From UHGV virus genome UHGV-1329780: 40,311 nucleotides of DNA. The stretch is one strand, 5' to 3'. The stretch comes from a virus. This document shows, piece by piece, positions 26,258 to 34,815 of this stretch (position 1 is the stretch's first letter; each line of letters begins with the position of its first letter). A program made the translations under genes and the position numbers. A model generated the notes under the pieces. That model saw nothing but the letters and a program-made list of their open reading frames with translations. It was not told the DNA's origin and did not search any database.

Positions 26258-27508
26258 TTATTCCCCCGCCATCCACTTCTCAAACTTCGACGGGGAGAAC
26301 GGAATCAGATCCGTATGCTCCCCGTCAATCCATGAATCAATCATATCGGCCCACTGCTGCAACATGTAGGCGCGCTGTCTGGCGTATTCCGCTTTGTTAT
26401 ATACGGCGCGCACACCTTTCTGCTCATGTGCCAGAGCCTTTTCAATCCAGTCTGAAGGATAACCAGCCTCATGCAACAACGTACTGGCTGTACGGCGCAT
26501 ATCATGTACAGTGAAGTCCTGAATATGCTCACCATCTTCATTTATTATTTTCACCGTTCTGTCGATCAGAGAGTTCAGCGCGGCATTAGATAATGGCTTC
26601 CGGAAATTGTAACGACCAGGAACCAGATATTCACTTCCACCAGCGCACATCTGCAACCCGACCAATATATCCTGTGCCTGTTTGGGCAGGTAAATAACGT
26701 GCGCCCGGCTTCCCTTCATGCGGTCTGGAGGAATTGTCCATGTCCATTTTTTAAAATCTATTTCATCCCACGTTGCATTGGTGAATTCGCCCTTACGAAC
26801 CATAGTGATAAGCACCAGTTTTAAAGCCATTTTCATAGTGCCCATAGCACCAATGGCATCCAGCGTGCGGAAGAACAGGCCAATTTCTTCTGGTGTCAGT
26901 GTTCGCTCTCGTGGTTTAAATATGGCGATAGACGAAGGTTTAATGTCAGCCGCAGGATTAAACAAACCATGACCACGGTCATTGGCGTGACGGTATACGC
27001 TACTGATGATCTCCCTGGCCTGCACTGCTGTTGCCCGGCCACCGCGTTCGACAATCCGGTCACACAAATCACGAACCATCGATGTGGTAATTTCAGCCAT
27101 CATTTTGTTACCAAGAACAGGAAGTATGTCACGGTCGATCACCGCCTGCTTCATTGCGCGGGTACTGTCAGCCAGGATGACGTGTTTCATATAACTGTCG
27201 GTATGTACCGCAAACGTCTCGGCACCACGAATCTTTTTGATACCGTCACGTTTAGCCGCAGCCGGTGACTGGCCTGCTTTAAGCAGCTTCTTTGCAGCAA
27301 TCAGTTCTTCTCGCGCTTCTGCCAGGCTGATACCGTCACGCCCATACTGCCCGATTACCAGTGTTTCGCGGCGACCGTTGATACGGTAGTCATAGCGAAA
27401 CGAGACCGTGCCTGACGTAAGCACAGCTACATACAGCCCGTCACGATCGGAGACCTTGTACAGTTTGTCCTGCGGCTTGAGGTTTTTTAATTTTGTATCG
27501 GTAAGCAC
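26258..27508 (-). CDS. int: Tyrosine integrase, P4-type (N-terminal arm-binding domain)
   Basis: 416 aa; N-terminal LTDTKLKNLKPQDKLYKVSDRDGLYVAVLTSGTVSFRYDYRINGRRE matches the P4-integrase arm-binding domain; C-terminal catalytic region with HDMRRT and a tyrosine-containing tail. Confidence 0.85.
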   Translation of the reverse strand: MLTDTKLKNLKPQDKLYKVSDRDGLYVAVLTSGTVSFRYDYRINGRRETLVIGQYGRDGISLAEAREELIAAKKLLKAGQSPAAAKRDGIKKIRGAETFAVHTDSYMKHVILADSTRAMKQAVIDRDILPVLGNKMMAEITTSMVRDLCDRIVERGGRATAVQAREIISSVYRHANDRGHGLFNPAADIKPSSIAIFKPRERTLTPEEIGLFFRTLDAIGAMGTMKMALKLVLITMVRKGEFTNATWDEIDFKKWTWTIPPDRMKGSRAHVIYLPKQAQDILVGLQMCAGGSEYLVPGRYNFRKPLSNAALNSLIDRTVKIINEDGEHIQDFTVHDMRRTASTLLHEAGYPSDWIEKALAHEQKGVRAVYNKAEYARQRAYMLQQWADMIDSWIDGEHTDLIPFSPSKFEKWMAGE

Positions 27509-27825
27509 AATTCACCCGTATAGAAACCATTTTCATGACGGTATGAGAGTATACCTTTAAGGTAATACCGTCACCTGTACCGACGAAAAATATGGTGTAG
27601 AGTGAATAGAAATGAATACATAAAAACAAAAACCCTCTGTAAAAACAGAGGGTTGAGTTAGTATCTGAATAGGAATGATTTGCTATGAGTTAGCTGTTAA
27701 TCATTCCCACTCAATTATTTACGGCATGCATAACCAATTGGCTGGTAACAACTTTCTGTAACCTGATTTTCACCGTACCGTTTTATATACCGTCACCGGA
27801 AATCAGTACCATGAAAAATGCCATG
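27509..27825. other. Candidate attP region between integrase and the lysis cassette
   Basis: Noncoding; ATACCGTCACC at 27565-27575 and 27787-27797, with GATACCGTCACG twice more inside the int 5' coding region (27239-27250, 27329-27340); inverted repeat GGAATGATT/AATCATTCC at 27672-27707; variant dyad ATACCTTTAAGGTAA at 27551-27565. Core crossover site not identifiable. Confidence 0.4.
27620..27652 (-). terminator. Intrinsic terminator ending the late/lysis operon
   Basis: Hairpin CCCTCTG-TAAAAA-CAGAGGG at 27633-27652 followed on the minus strand by a T-rich run (complement of AAAAACAAAAA at 27621-27632). Confidence 0.6.
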
Positions 27826-28308
27826 CTATCTGGTCAAAGTGTCGTACTGTTTTTCGCAGACTCTTCCGGCTTCGGCTGCCCGGTCAGCATACTCTGCCAG
27901 TTGTCTATTTCTCTCGAGAGATTTGCTGAACACGTCGGCAAGCAAAACTCCGGTATCTGCGGCTGACGCCCCAGCGCCGACAATGGCGTTATACTGCCTG
28001 AGCTGCTCACGGATGGCAAAGAGTTGTTGCTGCAACCGGCCAGCGCTAGCGGCAGCATCAAGAGCATCATTGCGCGCCTGGTCGATCCTCTGCTGAGCTT
28101 CACGTTCATTGGTCACTTTCTCCTGTTCGTAGTACTGACGAACTTTGTCTTCTTCGGCTTTGCGGTCTTCTTCCGCCTGCGCATACCCGGCATCGTACTG
28201 ACGGATGCCGTGCACATTCCAGGCAACAACTCCTGATATGACCAGAACAGCAAGCATCGCCACGATAAGTAACTGTTTACGGTATGCTTTTACAAATGCC
28301 CAGATCAT
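27826..28308 (-). CDS. Rz: Rz-like i-spanin
   Basis: 160 aa; N-terminal transmembrane segment [18 protein letters not shown] then charged coiled-coil periplasmic domain; overlaps the endolysin stop. Confidence 0.7.
   Translation of the reverse strand: MIWAFVKAYRKQLLIVAMLAVLVISGVVAWNVHGIRQYDAGYAQAEEDRKAEEDKVRQYYEQEKVTNEREAQQRIDQARNDALDAAASAGRLQQQLFAIREQLRQYNAIVGAGASAADTGVLLADVFSKSLERNRQLAEYADRAAEAGRVCEKQYDTLTR
27834..28070 (-). CDS. Rz1: Rz1-like o-spanin lipoprotein, embedded in Rz in another frame
   Basis: Fully inside the Rz gene; signal peptide with lipobox LALAGCS; Pro/Ser-rich mature region. Confidence 0.6.
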   Translation of the reverse strand: MMLLMLPLALAGCSNNSLPSVSSSGSITPLSALGRQPQIPEFCLPTCSANLSREIDNWQSMLTGQPKPEESAKNSTTL

Positions 28309-28934
28309 ACCGCCAGTACCTTACTTGCTGTGATGTACCGCGCACGCCGGTCGTCGATACCGTTTCTGCCACCATTGATAATCAGAGTTACACGTACAAT
28401 ATCGCCGGTATACTTCATGCAGCCTTTGCTGACGAAGAACCACGCCGCGCTACGAGCCGCATATTCGTCCTGCGCCAGCAGTTCAGGGCTCTCCAGCAGG
28501 TCAACCTTCAGACCGTTTCCGCAATCACGATAGTTATTCAAACCGGTAATCTGGATAAGTCCGCGCCCTCGGTAATTCCAGCCATCACCAGGGGCATTGT
28601 TCCCCATGCGTTTGCTGTATACCAGATTTGCGATCGCGCGCTGGCGCTCAAGTGGCAATGGTGGTTCACCAGCACGGCGCCCCAGTGCATTAGCCTGCCC
28701 CTGAGTGAGACGCCCAGCCCGAACGAAGTTAGCCAGTCCGCTGACACTGTAGTTGAAATTCTCCTGCAACCTGGTGAAGCCCCCAGACTCATGCCCGACT
28801 TGAGCAATAAACATTGCCCGATCTTCTGCTTTGCTGATACCAAACTCTTTCATCGCAGAAGTTATATGCGAGAACCAGCGTGCGGCCAGTGCCTCGCTGA
28901 TACCAGCAGCTCGCTGGAATTGTTTAATCTCCAT
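28305..28934 (-). CDS. Endolysin, glycoside hydrolase family 19-like
   Basis: About 209 aa from ATG 28934 ([11 protein letters not shown]...); motif [12 protein letters not shown] and NFNYS resemble GH19 catalytic-core patterns; sits between holin-like genes and Rz. Confidence 0.65.
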   Translation of the reverse strand: MEIKQFQRAAGISEALAARWFSHITSAMKEFGISKAEDRAMFIAQVGHESGGFTRLQENFNYSVSGLANFVRAGRLTQGQANALGRRAGEPPLPLERQRAIANLVYSKRMGNNAPGDGWNYRGRGLIQITGLNNYRDCGNGLKVDLLESPELLAQDEYAARSAAWFFVSKGCMKYTGDIVRVTLIINGGRNGIDDRRARYITASKVLAV

Positions 28935-29232
28935 GTTTAGACCTCGATACTTTAAAAATTTGAACGACGTTACCGCGCGTTTTAATAACCGCAGCCAGCA
29001 TGACAGCGTTGATAATGACCTCAGATAAATCCACAGCCATTGGCGTACGTAACCAGATTGCATAGGCGACTCGAACAGGAATACTGGCCGCAGCAACAAT
29101 CAGGAAATAAGCAAGCCATCCTCCCCACCTTCGATGTTGAGAGCCGTTACGCCGGAATGTGACAACGCGAATTGCTATGCCAGTGCAAATAACTGCATTG
29201 GTGATAAGCAAAAAAAACTCATGCGTTACCAT
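28924..29232 (-). CDS. Holin-like small membrane protein
   Basis: 102 aa with 2-3 hydrophobic helices and a charged C-terminus; immediately upstream of the endolysin. Confidence 0.5.
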   Translation of the reverse strand: MVTHEFFLLITNAVICTGIAIRVVTFRRNGSQHRRWGGWLAYFLIVAAASIPVRVAYAIWLRTPMAVDLSEVIINAVMLAAVIKTRGNVVQIFKVSRSKHGD

Positions 29233-29623
29233 CGTCCTTTCCCCCCGGAATTAACTCGCGTGGATTATCGGAACGGTGATAGAGCCATATACCAATACGC
29301 ACAGCGACAATTGCTGACACGAATGCGCCTGCAGAGAAAACAATCCCTTTTTCAAAAGAGTCCTGCGTGATGGTAGGGATCAGGCTGGCTATGCCGATAA
29401 GAATTGATGCTGCTGGTTTGTAAAAGAGAAGGCCGCAAAGAAAGCTGAGCATCGACAGGAGCACCCGGCGACGGATGGGGTACTCTACTGCAGAGGTAAC
29501 AAAAATTACCGCCCCAGCCAAAGCCCCTAAAGCAACCTCCGGAGGGACACCTGCAATAACCGCAGCAAGAGAACCAAAACTAAGCAACTGATTTAATTGC
29601 TCACTTGTTACTTGAGCAGACAT
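29219..29623 (-). CDS. Holin-like membrane protein
   Basis: 134 aa with 3-4 predicted transmembrane segments; first gene of the lysis cassette after the tailspike. Confidence 0.5.
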   Translation of the reverse strand: MSAQVTSEQLNQLLSFGSLAAVIAGVPPEVALGALAGAVIFVTSAVEYPIRRRVLLSMLSFLCGLLFYKPAASILIGIASLIPTITQDSFEKGIVFSAGAFVSAIVAVRIGIWLYHRSDNPRELIPGGKDDGNA

Positions 29624-29904
29624 ACTTTCTCCTGTTTACTATCTATAAGCCAGTCAATTATTGATGACTAAACCCGCATAGTAAACCATATATGAATCAT
29701 TATTGTTCCATATCATATATCTCAATAAAAGTACTAATGATTTTACAGAACGAGCCAGCAGAGTGGGGGCAGTTGTACAGGAACCATAGACTTAATTTTG
29801 TATTTAATAATGCTATGGTGTAATAAACCTGAACATGTATTTAAAATACGTACTGATTCATGATAGAATTCAAAGATAACTTTTCACAAACTCCGTTTTT
29901 GATA

Positions 29905-29931
29905 CCCGCAAAATATTGCGGGCTTTTTTTT
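29905..29931 (+). terminator. Hairpin plus T8 tract at the tailspike 3' end (terminator-like on the plus strand)
   Basis: CCCGCAA-AATA-TTGCGGG followed by C and T8 on the plus strand, overlapping the tailspike stop codon region; preceded by an AT-rich 280-bp intergenic segment. Confidence 0.45.
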
Positions 29932-32900
29932 AACGTTCTTCCAGAGACTGAATCCGCTCTTTTATCTTATCCATTTCTCTGCGCTGCCATGCTGCCTCGA
30001 TATAGAATAAGAGATCAGGTCTGACCCCCCATCTAGATCCTGCTGGCGTTATTTCAACGCGCTCAATGATGTCTTCCATTACCATCACTGGATTATCATC
30101 CTCATCAACAATGATGCTCCCGTCATTATCAGTCAGCGGCATTTCCCTTTGGCCAGTAATGACATCATCATATACTGCGGGATAATCGTCATAGCAAAGA
30201 AAGGCATAGCGGCATGTTGTGCTTTCTTCTTCCATGAGTCCGTGAGAAATAAGAACATCACGAAGTTGCTGCGCGATTACACCATGATGTATCCTCGCCC
30301 CTTCTTCCCCCTTTATAGCGACAGCGTTCAGCCATTTATAAGCGATATACCTGACGTCACCCCAGGCATCCAGCAATGCTTCGTCAGGAGAGACCGGCTC
30401 TGTCTTTAATGTTCCGTCACTGGTAACCACAGGATTGGAGCCAAGATAAACTGTCGAGAACCTGTTTCCCGGACCACCAAGAGCATTTACATTATCAAGA
30501 TAAGGTTTAACATCTCCGTTCTCAAAAAGATGTTCGAGTGCGTTATATACCGCGCGACGTGGAGTACTGCTTCCGGAACCATGCAACGTTATCATTGCAC
30601 CATCTGCTGAAGACGTTGTTTCACCGCCGCTAACGATTAATCTCTGAGCGGTAACATCATCAGACGGTACTTTCTTCGCAATAATGGCGTAATTACCCTC
30701 AAGTTTGACTTCCGCGCGAACTTGTCCTGATGTACCTGCATGGACAGTCAGTGACTGGACGGCAACATCATCTGTGAAATCAACGGGTACAGGAACCGTC
30801 CTCACGCCTGACGTCGACATAAAAGTAGGAAGCGTTCTGTTAGGAGTGGCTCCGTAGACAAAATCCCTTGAAACAAATTCTTCCTGTTTAATTTTCACCC
30901 TGAAACAATACAAATCAGCCGGGTGACCATCGTGAACATAAGGATATTTTCTGTTGTTATCCCCTATGCTCCATGGGTTTAGAAAGTCTTCCCCACCGAA
31001 AATGTAGTACAGCCAGTTGTCTTTGATACAAACTGAACCAACACCAACCGCAGAGTTAACTATTCCGCCCTGATAAATCTGATCAGTAACATTAACCCAC
31101 TCTACATTATCCAGACTCCACTCATTGACGTTAACTCTGGTCATAAATGTTCTTGGATAATTTCCTGCATAACGGTTATCAGGTTCTCCTCCTTCCCACT
31201 CACCAAATGCGCGCTCACTGCCAAAAATAATCAGCTCATCGCCAACTTTGGCAAAAGGAAGGTTTGAGTGATGAACATTATTTGGGAAGCGAAGAGAATT
31301 CCATGATGTACCTAAATCAGAGCTTCTGTGCAATGAACTACCGGGTTGAGTACTTAATGTCCCCCTGGTCGTCAGATACAGAATGCCATCATAATATTTT
31401 ACACATGGCTCAGATGCATTCGCCTCATATTCTGCAGGTATGCGTCTGCGAACAAAGCTACCAGGAGAACCGAAAGCATCAGAGAAATAGAGTATCCCAA
31501 GCTCGCGTGGACCAATATCACCATTATGGTAGCCAACAGCAAAACTGTTATCGCTAATCGTCGCAAAACTGTGAATCTCAGTAACAGGAGTGCTTCCGTC
31601 AACAAAAGAAGGAATAGTTCCAAGACTGGTTTTTCTCCATGGTGACGAGTGAAATGATGTACCAAAACTCCAGTATCTACCCTCGTTATTCTGATCCACA
31701 TCCTGGGTATTTTGCGTCGTAACTGTAAAAGTATTTTTATCAATAACAGTAGTCACCGTCATATTCCCGGTAACACCTGTAACACCAGAGTTTGAGAAGT
31801 TGACAAAATCACCAGCAAATAATCCGTGATCAGTAATGCGAATATAAGCGACTTGCTGATTTGCTGCTTTCGTTATACCACCATAAACGCGAAGGCTGCG
31901 ACTCATTGGGCGATCCCACAACTCTGCAACCTGCAGTTTATTTCCGCTCACGGTCCGCGTCTCAATTACAGCAAAAAGGCGATTTCTGACAACCCCCATA
32001 CTCATGCAGTGATAGTTAACTGTGGGATAGTTTTCATGTAAATCTGTAAGCCATTCCGGCGTTGTCCAGGTCTTCCCGTCATCTCCTGAGCGAACCCATG
32101 CAACATGGAGGTTATTTACACCATGGCGGTCTCCAGCCATAAAAGGCGCATAGATGACATTGTCATATACAAACGTTTTATCCTGCGTCCAGGCGTTGTA
32201 CCACGGTGTATCTGTAATTTTAAATAACTCTCCCTGGATAAAATCTTCAGAAGCATAAAAAAGAGGCTGGCCCGGTATTCTCTCAAATAAAAAACGAGCA
32301 TTTTTAAATCGACTGACATCCGGAAGAGTTGATACTTTAAAAGTAAGCCCTAATCCGTCAATTTTATAACCTGGAGATGAGGCTTCAAGGCACGCGCTTA
32401 TTGCAGTGGAATCGTCATTTATACCATCACCAACAGCTCCAAAATCTTTGGGGCTAATAGCATCACGCATTTTATCCTGGAACGTTCGGTACACAGCCCC
32501 AGAACCATACTGAATAAACCAACCAAAACCACCAACAACCCCGGCGATTGCAGCATCGACATAATTACGCATTGAGCGATTATTTACAGCGTCCTGCTCA
32601 AATGATGGATCTGCAAGGTTAGAAATTTTGTTTTGCTTTGCATCGTAATATTTTGCAAGCAAAGATGGTTTCATCAATGCACGTCTGAACCACCCAAAAC
32701 ATTGCTGGATCAGCATCGTCAGGTAGTCAAAGGCATCTTCATGCACTTCGGGGAAAAATTTTCCCTGATTGCGAAGGTCTGTCTCCTGCACTACATCAAG
32801 CACACGATCTATCGTAATTCGCCATCCAGTAGCAAGCGGAGACGGAAGAACCACAGAACCGCCACTATAAGTGCCCGCCCCAGTTACCGTATAACCGGTA

Positions 32901-33049
32901 TCCAGAACCAATTCTGTTACGTTTCCGTTCAGGTCAGACACCTGAACAACCAGGTCTGATTTTCTGAAAATTCGAAAAGTATACGGAAACGATGTCGTAA
33001 CGCCGTTACCGGTGTATTCGTTGTGGTCAACTTCGGTTGAGACCGTCAT
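29930..33049 (-). CDS. Tailspike protein with Asp-box (sialidase-like) motifs and C-terminal intramolecular-chaperone-like domain
   Basis: 1039 aa; GGAG RBS; N-terminal particle-binding-type domain; DFGAVGDGINDDSTAI motif; Asp-box-like SGDDGKTW and SSDLGTSW; C-terminal segment with HHGVIAQQLRDVL resembling self-cleaving chaperone domains of endosialidase-type tailspikes. Confidence 0.7.
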   Translation of the reverse strand: MTVSTEVDHNEYTGNGVTTSFPYTFRIFRKSDLVVQVSDLNGNVTELVLDTGYTVTGAGTYSGGSVVLPSPLATGWRITIDRVLDVVQETDLRNQGKFFPEVHEDAFDYLTMLIQQCFGWFRRALMKPSLLAKYYDAKQNKISNLADPSFEQDAVNNRSMRNYVDAAIAGVVGGFGWFIQYGSGAVYRTFQDKMRDAISPKDFGAVGDGINDDSTAISACLEASSPGYKIDGLGLTFKVSTLPDVSRFKNARFLFERIPGQPLFYASEDFIQGELFKITDTPWYNAWTQDKTFVYDNVIYAPFMAGDRHGVNNLHVAWVRSGDDGKTWTTPEWLTDLHENYPTVNYHCMSMGVVRNRLFAVIETRTVSGNKLQVAELWDRPMSRSLRVYGGITKAANQQVAYIRITDHGLFAGDFVNFSNSGVTGVTGNMTVTTVIDKNTFTVTTQNTQDVDQNNEGRYWSFGTSFHSSPWRKTSLGTIPSFVDGSTPVTEIHSFATISDNSFAVGYHNGDIGPRELGILYFSDAFGSPGSFVRRRIPAEYEANASEPCVKYYDGILYLTTRGTLSTQPGSSLHRSSDLGTSWNSLRFPNNVHHSNLPFAKVGDELIIFGSERAFGEWEGGEPDNRYAGNYPRTFMTRVNVNEWSLDNVEWVNVTDQIYQGGIVNSAVGVGSVCIKDNWLYYIFGGEDFLNPWSIGDNNRKYPYVHDGHPADLYCFRVKIKQEEFVSRDFVYGATPNRTLPTFMSTSGVRTVPVPVDFTDDVAVQSLTVHAGTSGQVRAEVKLEGNYAIIAKKVPSDDVTAQRLIVSGGETTSSADGAMITLHGSGSSTPRRAVYNALEHLFENGDVKPYLDNVNALGGPGNRFSTVYLGSNPVVTSDGTLKTEPVSPDEALLDAWGDVRYIAYKWLNAVAIKGEEGARIHHGVIAQQLRDVLISHGLMEEESTTCRYAFLCYDDYPAVYDDVITGQREMPLTDNDGSIIVDEDDNPVMVMEDIIERVEITPAGSRWGVRPDLLFYIEAAWQRREMDKIKERIQSLEER

Positions 33050-33153
33050 GTTAAATCTCCAGATAGTCGCAGCACCCGTTGCGCCGCATATCTGGTTATT
33101 CTATTACCTGGAAAACCACATATGGATAGAAAGGCTGTAAATACGAATAGATA

Positions 33154-33168
33154 TTACCTTTCAGGTAA
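33154..33168 (+). promoter_or_regulatory. TTACC-N5-GGTAA dyad upstream of the LexA-controlled gene
   Basis: TTACCTTTCAGGTAA, identical to the dyad at 11468-11482. Confidence 0.5.
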
Positions 33169-33205
33169 TTTGCAAAACGTGCTGGATAGCAAACAAATTA
33201 TTTGA

Positions 33206-33225
33206 TACTGTATAAATATACAGTT
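33206..33225 (+). promoter_or_regulatory. LexA (SOS) box
   Basis: TACTGTATAAATATACAGTT: CTGT-N8-ACAG core at 33208-33223, 18/20 identical to the consensus TACTGTATATATATACAGTA; 20 bp upstream of ATG 33245. Confidence 0.8.
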
Positions 33226-33244
33226 ATTGCATGGAGAAGATAAG

Positions 33245-33502
33245 ATGCAGCAGTATCACTATCCACTGGAAGACGGATTTACCGAAAGGATTCACACGCC
33301 GGGAGGCGTCAGGTCACTGGTGGAGGGATCGCACTTGATGAAATTACTCCGGGATCTCGATAAGGATGGATTTAATGTCGATGGCCCACTTGCCGAACTG
33401 ACTGCACTGATTAACTACGTCACCAGCTCACAGATGTCTATGCGGGATCTGCAAACACATCTCGACTATTGTGCCGAACAATTACGAAAACAAACCAGAT
33501 AA
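33245..33502 (+). CDS. Small LexA-controlled protein homologous to the antirepressor C-terminal domain (candidate SOS-inducible antirepressor)
   Basis: 85 aa; GGAGAAG RBS; about 50 percent identical by eye over about 75 aa to the C-terminal region of the 33818-34528 product (IHTPGGV...LMKLL...DG.NVDGPLAELTAL..RDLQTH). Confidence 0.6.
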   Translation: MQQYHYPLEDGFTERIHTPGGVRSLVEGSHLMKLLRDLDKDGFNVDGPLAELTALINYVTSSQMSMRDLQTHLDYCAEQLRKQTR

Positions 33503-33533
33503 GGTTTGCAATTACCAAGTGGAGTGCTTATAT

Positions 33534-33548
33534 TTACCTTTGCGGTAA
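33534..33548 (+). promoter_or_regulatory. TTACC-N5-GGTAA dyad flanked by a 7-bp inverted repeat, upstream of a candidate promoter
   Basis: TTACCTTTGCGGTAA flanked by GGAGTGC/GCACTCC; followed by TTTACA (-35-like) and TAGTAAT (-10-like). Confidence 0.45.
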
Positions 33549-33639
33549 ATTTACATCGCACTCCTCTTGTGCCATAGTAATCGGGCACTGGCAAAATCCA
33601 GTGCCGGGATTGGCGTCCCGGGTTACTAAGTGGCGCATA

Positions 33640-33661
33640 CCACGCCAGACGTGGTTTTTTT
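33640..33661 (+). terminator. Intrinsic terminator/attenuator between the two antirepressor-like genes
   Basis: CCACG-CCAGA-CGTGG hairpin followed by T7; preceded by two further hairpins. Confidence 0.6.
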
Positions 33662-33817
33662 ATGCGTTAAGCACAGCTATATCCGAATTATGGTGGGCTG
33701 GGCAGGGGTCCGAAAGGACGCCGGTACCACTTAGGCCGGTACGCCAACCTTGTCCAGTTCACCACCAGTAATTGGCGTTGCGGTGGTGATTAAAATCACT
33801 AAGTGGAGATAACCACC

Positions 33818-34528
33818 ATGGCTAATGCTCAAACTTCCATCTTCAAATTTGAATCTGTTAACCCTATCCGTTCCATCATTATCGATGGCCAACCATGGTT
33901 TGTAGCCCAAGACGTTTGTAGTGCGCTGCGTATCCAAAACGTCACCCAAGCACTTGAAAAACTGGATGATGATGAAAGGTCTATGTTCAACATAGGGCAT
34001 GAACATCGTGCAATTTTTGACAGCCGAGTAAAAGAGATCAACATCATCTCCGAGTCAGGCCTCTACACACTGATCCTCCGCTGCCGCGACGCAGTGACAC
34101 CAGGCACTATCCCCTACCGCTTTCGTAAATGGGTTACGGGTGAGGTTCTTCCTCAGATCCGCCGCACCGGAAGCTACATTAAAAACTCGCTCCCGCAGGA
34201 AGAACGCATAAAGATGGTTGCCGACCAGGTAGCCAACGCCACGGCGTCAGCAGTAATGCAGGCGATGAAGATAGAGAACAAAACCTACAGCGCCCCACTG
34301 AAGCCCGGCTACCGCAGCCTGATTCATTCGCCGTCTGGTGTTCTCGGCCTGACGGAGAACTCACTGCTGATGAATCTGCTGAACCAGTTACAGGACGACG
34401 GGCACGACGTATCGGGCGCGGCGGCGGAGCTGACCACCATGTTCTGCTACATCGTCGGTGTGAGCAAATGCCTGCGTGATATCCAGACCCACGCGGAATA
34501 CATCAACGACAAGGCAGGGTTCTTCTGA
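33818..34528 (+). CDS. Bro-N domain antirepressor-like protein
   Basis: About 236 aa from ATG 33818 (GGAG RBS); N-terminal FKFESVNPIRSIIIDGQPWFVAQDVCSAL...ESGLYTLIL is a typical Bro-N pattern; C-terminal domain paralogous to the small protein at 33245-33502. Confidence 0.7.
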   Translation: MANAQTSIFKFESVNPIRSIIIDGQPWFVAQDVCSALRIQNVTQALEKLDDDERSMFNIGHEHRAIFDSRVKEINIISESGLYTLILRCRDAVTPGTIPYRFRKWVTGEVLPQIRRTGSYIKNSLPQEERIKMVADQVANATASAVMQAMKIENKTYSAPLKPGYRSLIHSPSGVLGLTENSLLMNLLNQLQDDGHDVSGAAAELTTMFCYIVGVSKCLRDIQTHAEYINDKAGFF

Positions 34529-34571
34529 CGGGCGGTGGCACAGGGATGTGCCTTTAAATAATTCTGTACAG

Positions 34572-34615
34572 ATTGCAGACTGTGGGTGAATAGCGTACTA
34601 TTACCTTAAAGGTAA
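34572..34615 (+). promoter_or_regulatory. Candidate promoter (TTGCAG-N17-TACTAT) with TTACC-N5-GGTAA dyad at the transcript start
   Basis: Dyad TTACCTTAAAGGTAA at 34601-34615 immediately upstream of an AGGAGG RBS and ATG 34628. Confidence 0.45.
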
Positions 34616-34627
34616 AGGAGGCGCGAT

Positions 34628-34795
34628 ATGACAGCGTTGAAAAATCGTACTCAGCACAATGAACAAGCCAAGCAATGCTGGGATGTCATTGGAAAAGTTA
34701 TGCTTGGCCGCGCAAGCAAAGAGCGCGACAAGGATATGGTTTACCAGACAGGAACATCTTTCAGCGACTTCAAGGCGGCATTTCGCTCCAAATAG
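34628..34795 (+). CDS. Small protein, first gene of a two-gene moron
   Basis: 55 aa (below the ORF-track cutoff); strong AGGAGG RBS at spacing 7; stop 20 nt before the next start. Confidence 0.45.
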   Translation: MTALKNRTQHNEQAKQCWDVIGKVMLGRASKERDKDMVYQTGTSFSDFKAAFRSK

Positions 34796-34815
34796 AAGCA
34801 CATCAGGAGTTTTCC

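Noticed and set aside
11468-34615. TTACC-N5-GGTAA as a NarL 7-2-7 site, CRP site or LexA site
   Set aside because: Spacing and half-site sequence do not fit NarL (TACYYMT-N2-AKRRGTA), CRP (TGTGA-N6-TCACA) or LexA (CTGT-N8-ACAG). A phage-encoded regulator is the simpler explanation.
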